Shown here: positions 62,584 through 64,000 of the stretch, piece after piece
Position numbering within the stretch: position 1 is the stretch's first letter
Layout: every line of letters starts with the position of its first letter
Assembly (NCBI GenBank): GCA_963739455.1
Contig: CAVUAK010000003.1
Coordinates: 288,001-352,000, forward strand
Direction of reading: 5' to 3'
Source: an uncultured Gemmatimonadales bacterium
GTDB taxonomy: Bacteria; Gemmatimonadota; Gemmatimonadetes; Gemmatimonadales; GWC2-71-9
Length of the DNA: 64,000 nucleotides
Notes under the pieces: model-generated
Seen by the model: only the letters and a program-made list of their open reading frames with translations
Databases searched by the model: none
What the model was told of the DNA's origin: nothing
Made by a program: the position numbers and the translations under genes

Positions 62584-63921
62584 TCAGTCCTCGGCGATCG
62601 CGACGGCGTTGCGCCCGCTGCGCTTGGCGCGGTAGAGCGCCGCGTCGGCGGCGGCGAGGACACTGGTGACCGAAGTGCCAAGGCGCGGGCACTCCGCCAG
62701 GCCGAAGCTCGCCGTGCACCGGCCGAACTCGGCGTGCATTTCCTCGAGGCGTGCCAGGCCCGACTGTACCCGCGACACGAACACCATCGCCTCTTCCGGC
62801 TTCGTCATCGGAAGGATCACGAGGAACTCGTCGCCGCCCAGCCGGCCACACACGTCGAGCGTGCGGCACTCGCGTCGCAGCACCTCGGCCACCTCGACGA
62901 GCATTCGGTCGCCGGCGGCGTGCCCCATGTCGTCGTTCACCTTCTTGAAGAAGTCGAGGTCGAGCAGGAGGGCGGTGGTGTTGAGCTGGTGACGGAGGCT
63001 GCGCGAGATCTCGGCCGCGAGTCGCTCTTCTAGGGCCCGCCGGTTGTACAGTCCCGTGAGCTCATCCGTGGACGCCGCGCTCTGCAGCTGCTCGACCAGC
63101 TCGCTGTTCTTGAGTGCAATCGCGGCGGCGAACGAGAGTGTTCCCGCGAGCTCGAGCTCCGCCCGGGCATACGGCTTGTCACTGATCCGCGGTCCAAGCA
63201 CGAGCACTGCCATTCGCTCCGAGCCGGCGTCGAGCGGAACGACCAGTTCGGCGCCGGGGCCAACCAGCTGCGCCACGCCGACTTCCTGGGCGCTCAGTGC
63301 GGCGCTGCCTGCGGGGATCTTGCCGTCGAGCGTGGTCCGCTCGATTGGAGCAGGACGCCGACGGTCGTTGAGCGACCGGTAGACCTTCGGGTGGTAGTGG
63401 GCCCCGTCCGGGCGATAGAGGCAGGCCCACCACGCGAAGAAGACCTCGGCCATGAAGTCGAGGACCAGTTGCTCGGTTTCCTCGGTCGAGTGGACCGAAC
63501 TGAGAAGCCGCGCGACCTGCCGCAGGGCACGCAGCTGGAAGCCGGCGTCGTCGAGCGCCGCCTGCCGCTCGATGAGGATGGTGCGAAGCTCGATGACCAC
63601 TGAAAGCGCCATGACGAGCGGAAGTGCCACCCCCCGCAGGTCGCCAGCAATCACCGGGTCCGCGAATACCGCTACCTCGGTTGCCCCACTTGCCAGCTTG
63701 GCAACTTGCACCGCCTGGTCGTAGCCCTCCACCGGACCCACGCGCGGAATTGGCGCGGCGGGTCCGGTAATGACGAACCATATCTTTTCGGAAAGGAATC
63801 GCTGGACCAGGAAGGTGCGGCAACGCTCGAACAATTCCCCATCCGTGCGCGCGCTGCGACAGGCGGCGGCGAAGGCGGAAGGGAGGTGCGAGAGCAGGTT
63901 CGTTGAGGGTGGGACGGTCAT
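62584..63921 (-). CDS. Diguanylate cyclase with GAF-like sensor domain
   Basis: TDELTGLYNRR, DLDFFK.VND..GH..GD, RTLD I-site five residues before GGDEF, ADAALY.AK.SGRN. Confidence 0.92.
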   Translation of the reverse strand: MTVPPSTNLLSHLPSAFAAACRSARTDGELFERCRTFLVQRFLSEKIWFVITGPAAPIPRVGPVEGYDQAVQVAKLASGATEVAVFADPVIAGDLRGVALPLVMALSVVIELRTILIERQAALDDAGFQLRALRQVARLLSSVHSTEETEQLVLDFMAEVFFAWWACLYRPDGAHYHPKVYRSLNDRRRPAPIERTTLDGKIPAGSAALSAQEVGVAQLVGPGAELVVPLDAGSERMAVLVLGPRISDKPYARAELELAGTLSFAAAIALKNSELVEQLQSAASTDELTGLYNRRALEERLAAEISRSLRHQLNTTALLLDLDFFKKVNDDMGHAAGDRMLVEVAEVLRRECRTLDVCGRLGGDEFLVILPMTKPEEAMVFVSRVQSGLARLEEMHAEFGRCTASFGLAECPRLGTSVTSVLAAADAALYRAKRSGRNAVAIAED

Positions 63922-64000
63922 TGACAGGAAGGTAAACCGGCACCCCCCTGGACGGTATCGTGGAAGCGGCCCGGATCCCGGGTGCAATGATTGACACAAC

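Overview
GC-rich bacterial chromosomal segment. Gene content and repeat style suggest Gemmatimonadota, but that is inference and was not searched. It holds about 54 protein genes and 3 tRNAs (Leu-GAG, Thr-CGT, Pro-GGG); I found no integrase, transposase, prophage or CRISPR array. Main blocks: secreted hydrolases; an ECF sigma/anti-sigma/DUF4097 operon; hutUIG; aguBA; a glycogen operon (glgP-glgA-two GH57 genes); ettA; a SWIB protein; thrABC divergent from pntAB; an RpoD-family alternative sigma; acnA-HAD-GT2; a PIG-L/ABC/MFS/M3-peptidase operon; infA; csp; and a GGDEF-CGNR-tandem kinase operon. By my reading about 30 small indels break 14 otherwise intact genes, including acnA, ettA and hutU. 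This most likely reflects long-read consensus error, so those genes are given as joined CDS. Most notable observations: (1) a tightly coupled GAF-like/GGDEF cyclase, CGNR zinc-finger protein and cytoplasmic pseudokinase-kinase fusion; (2) 7-nt and 21-nt period inverted repeat arrays that enclose start/stop junctions and are translated into signal peptides; (3) a recurring IHF-like site plus sigma54 -24/-12 architecture, once upstream of an alternative sigma factor.
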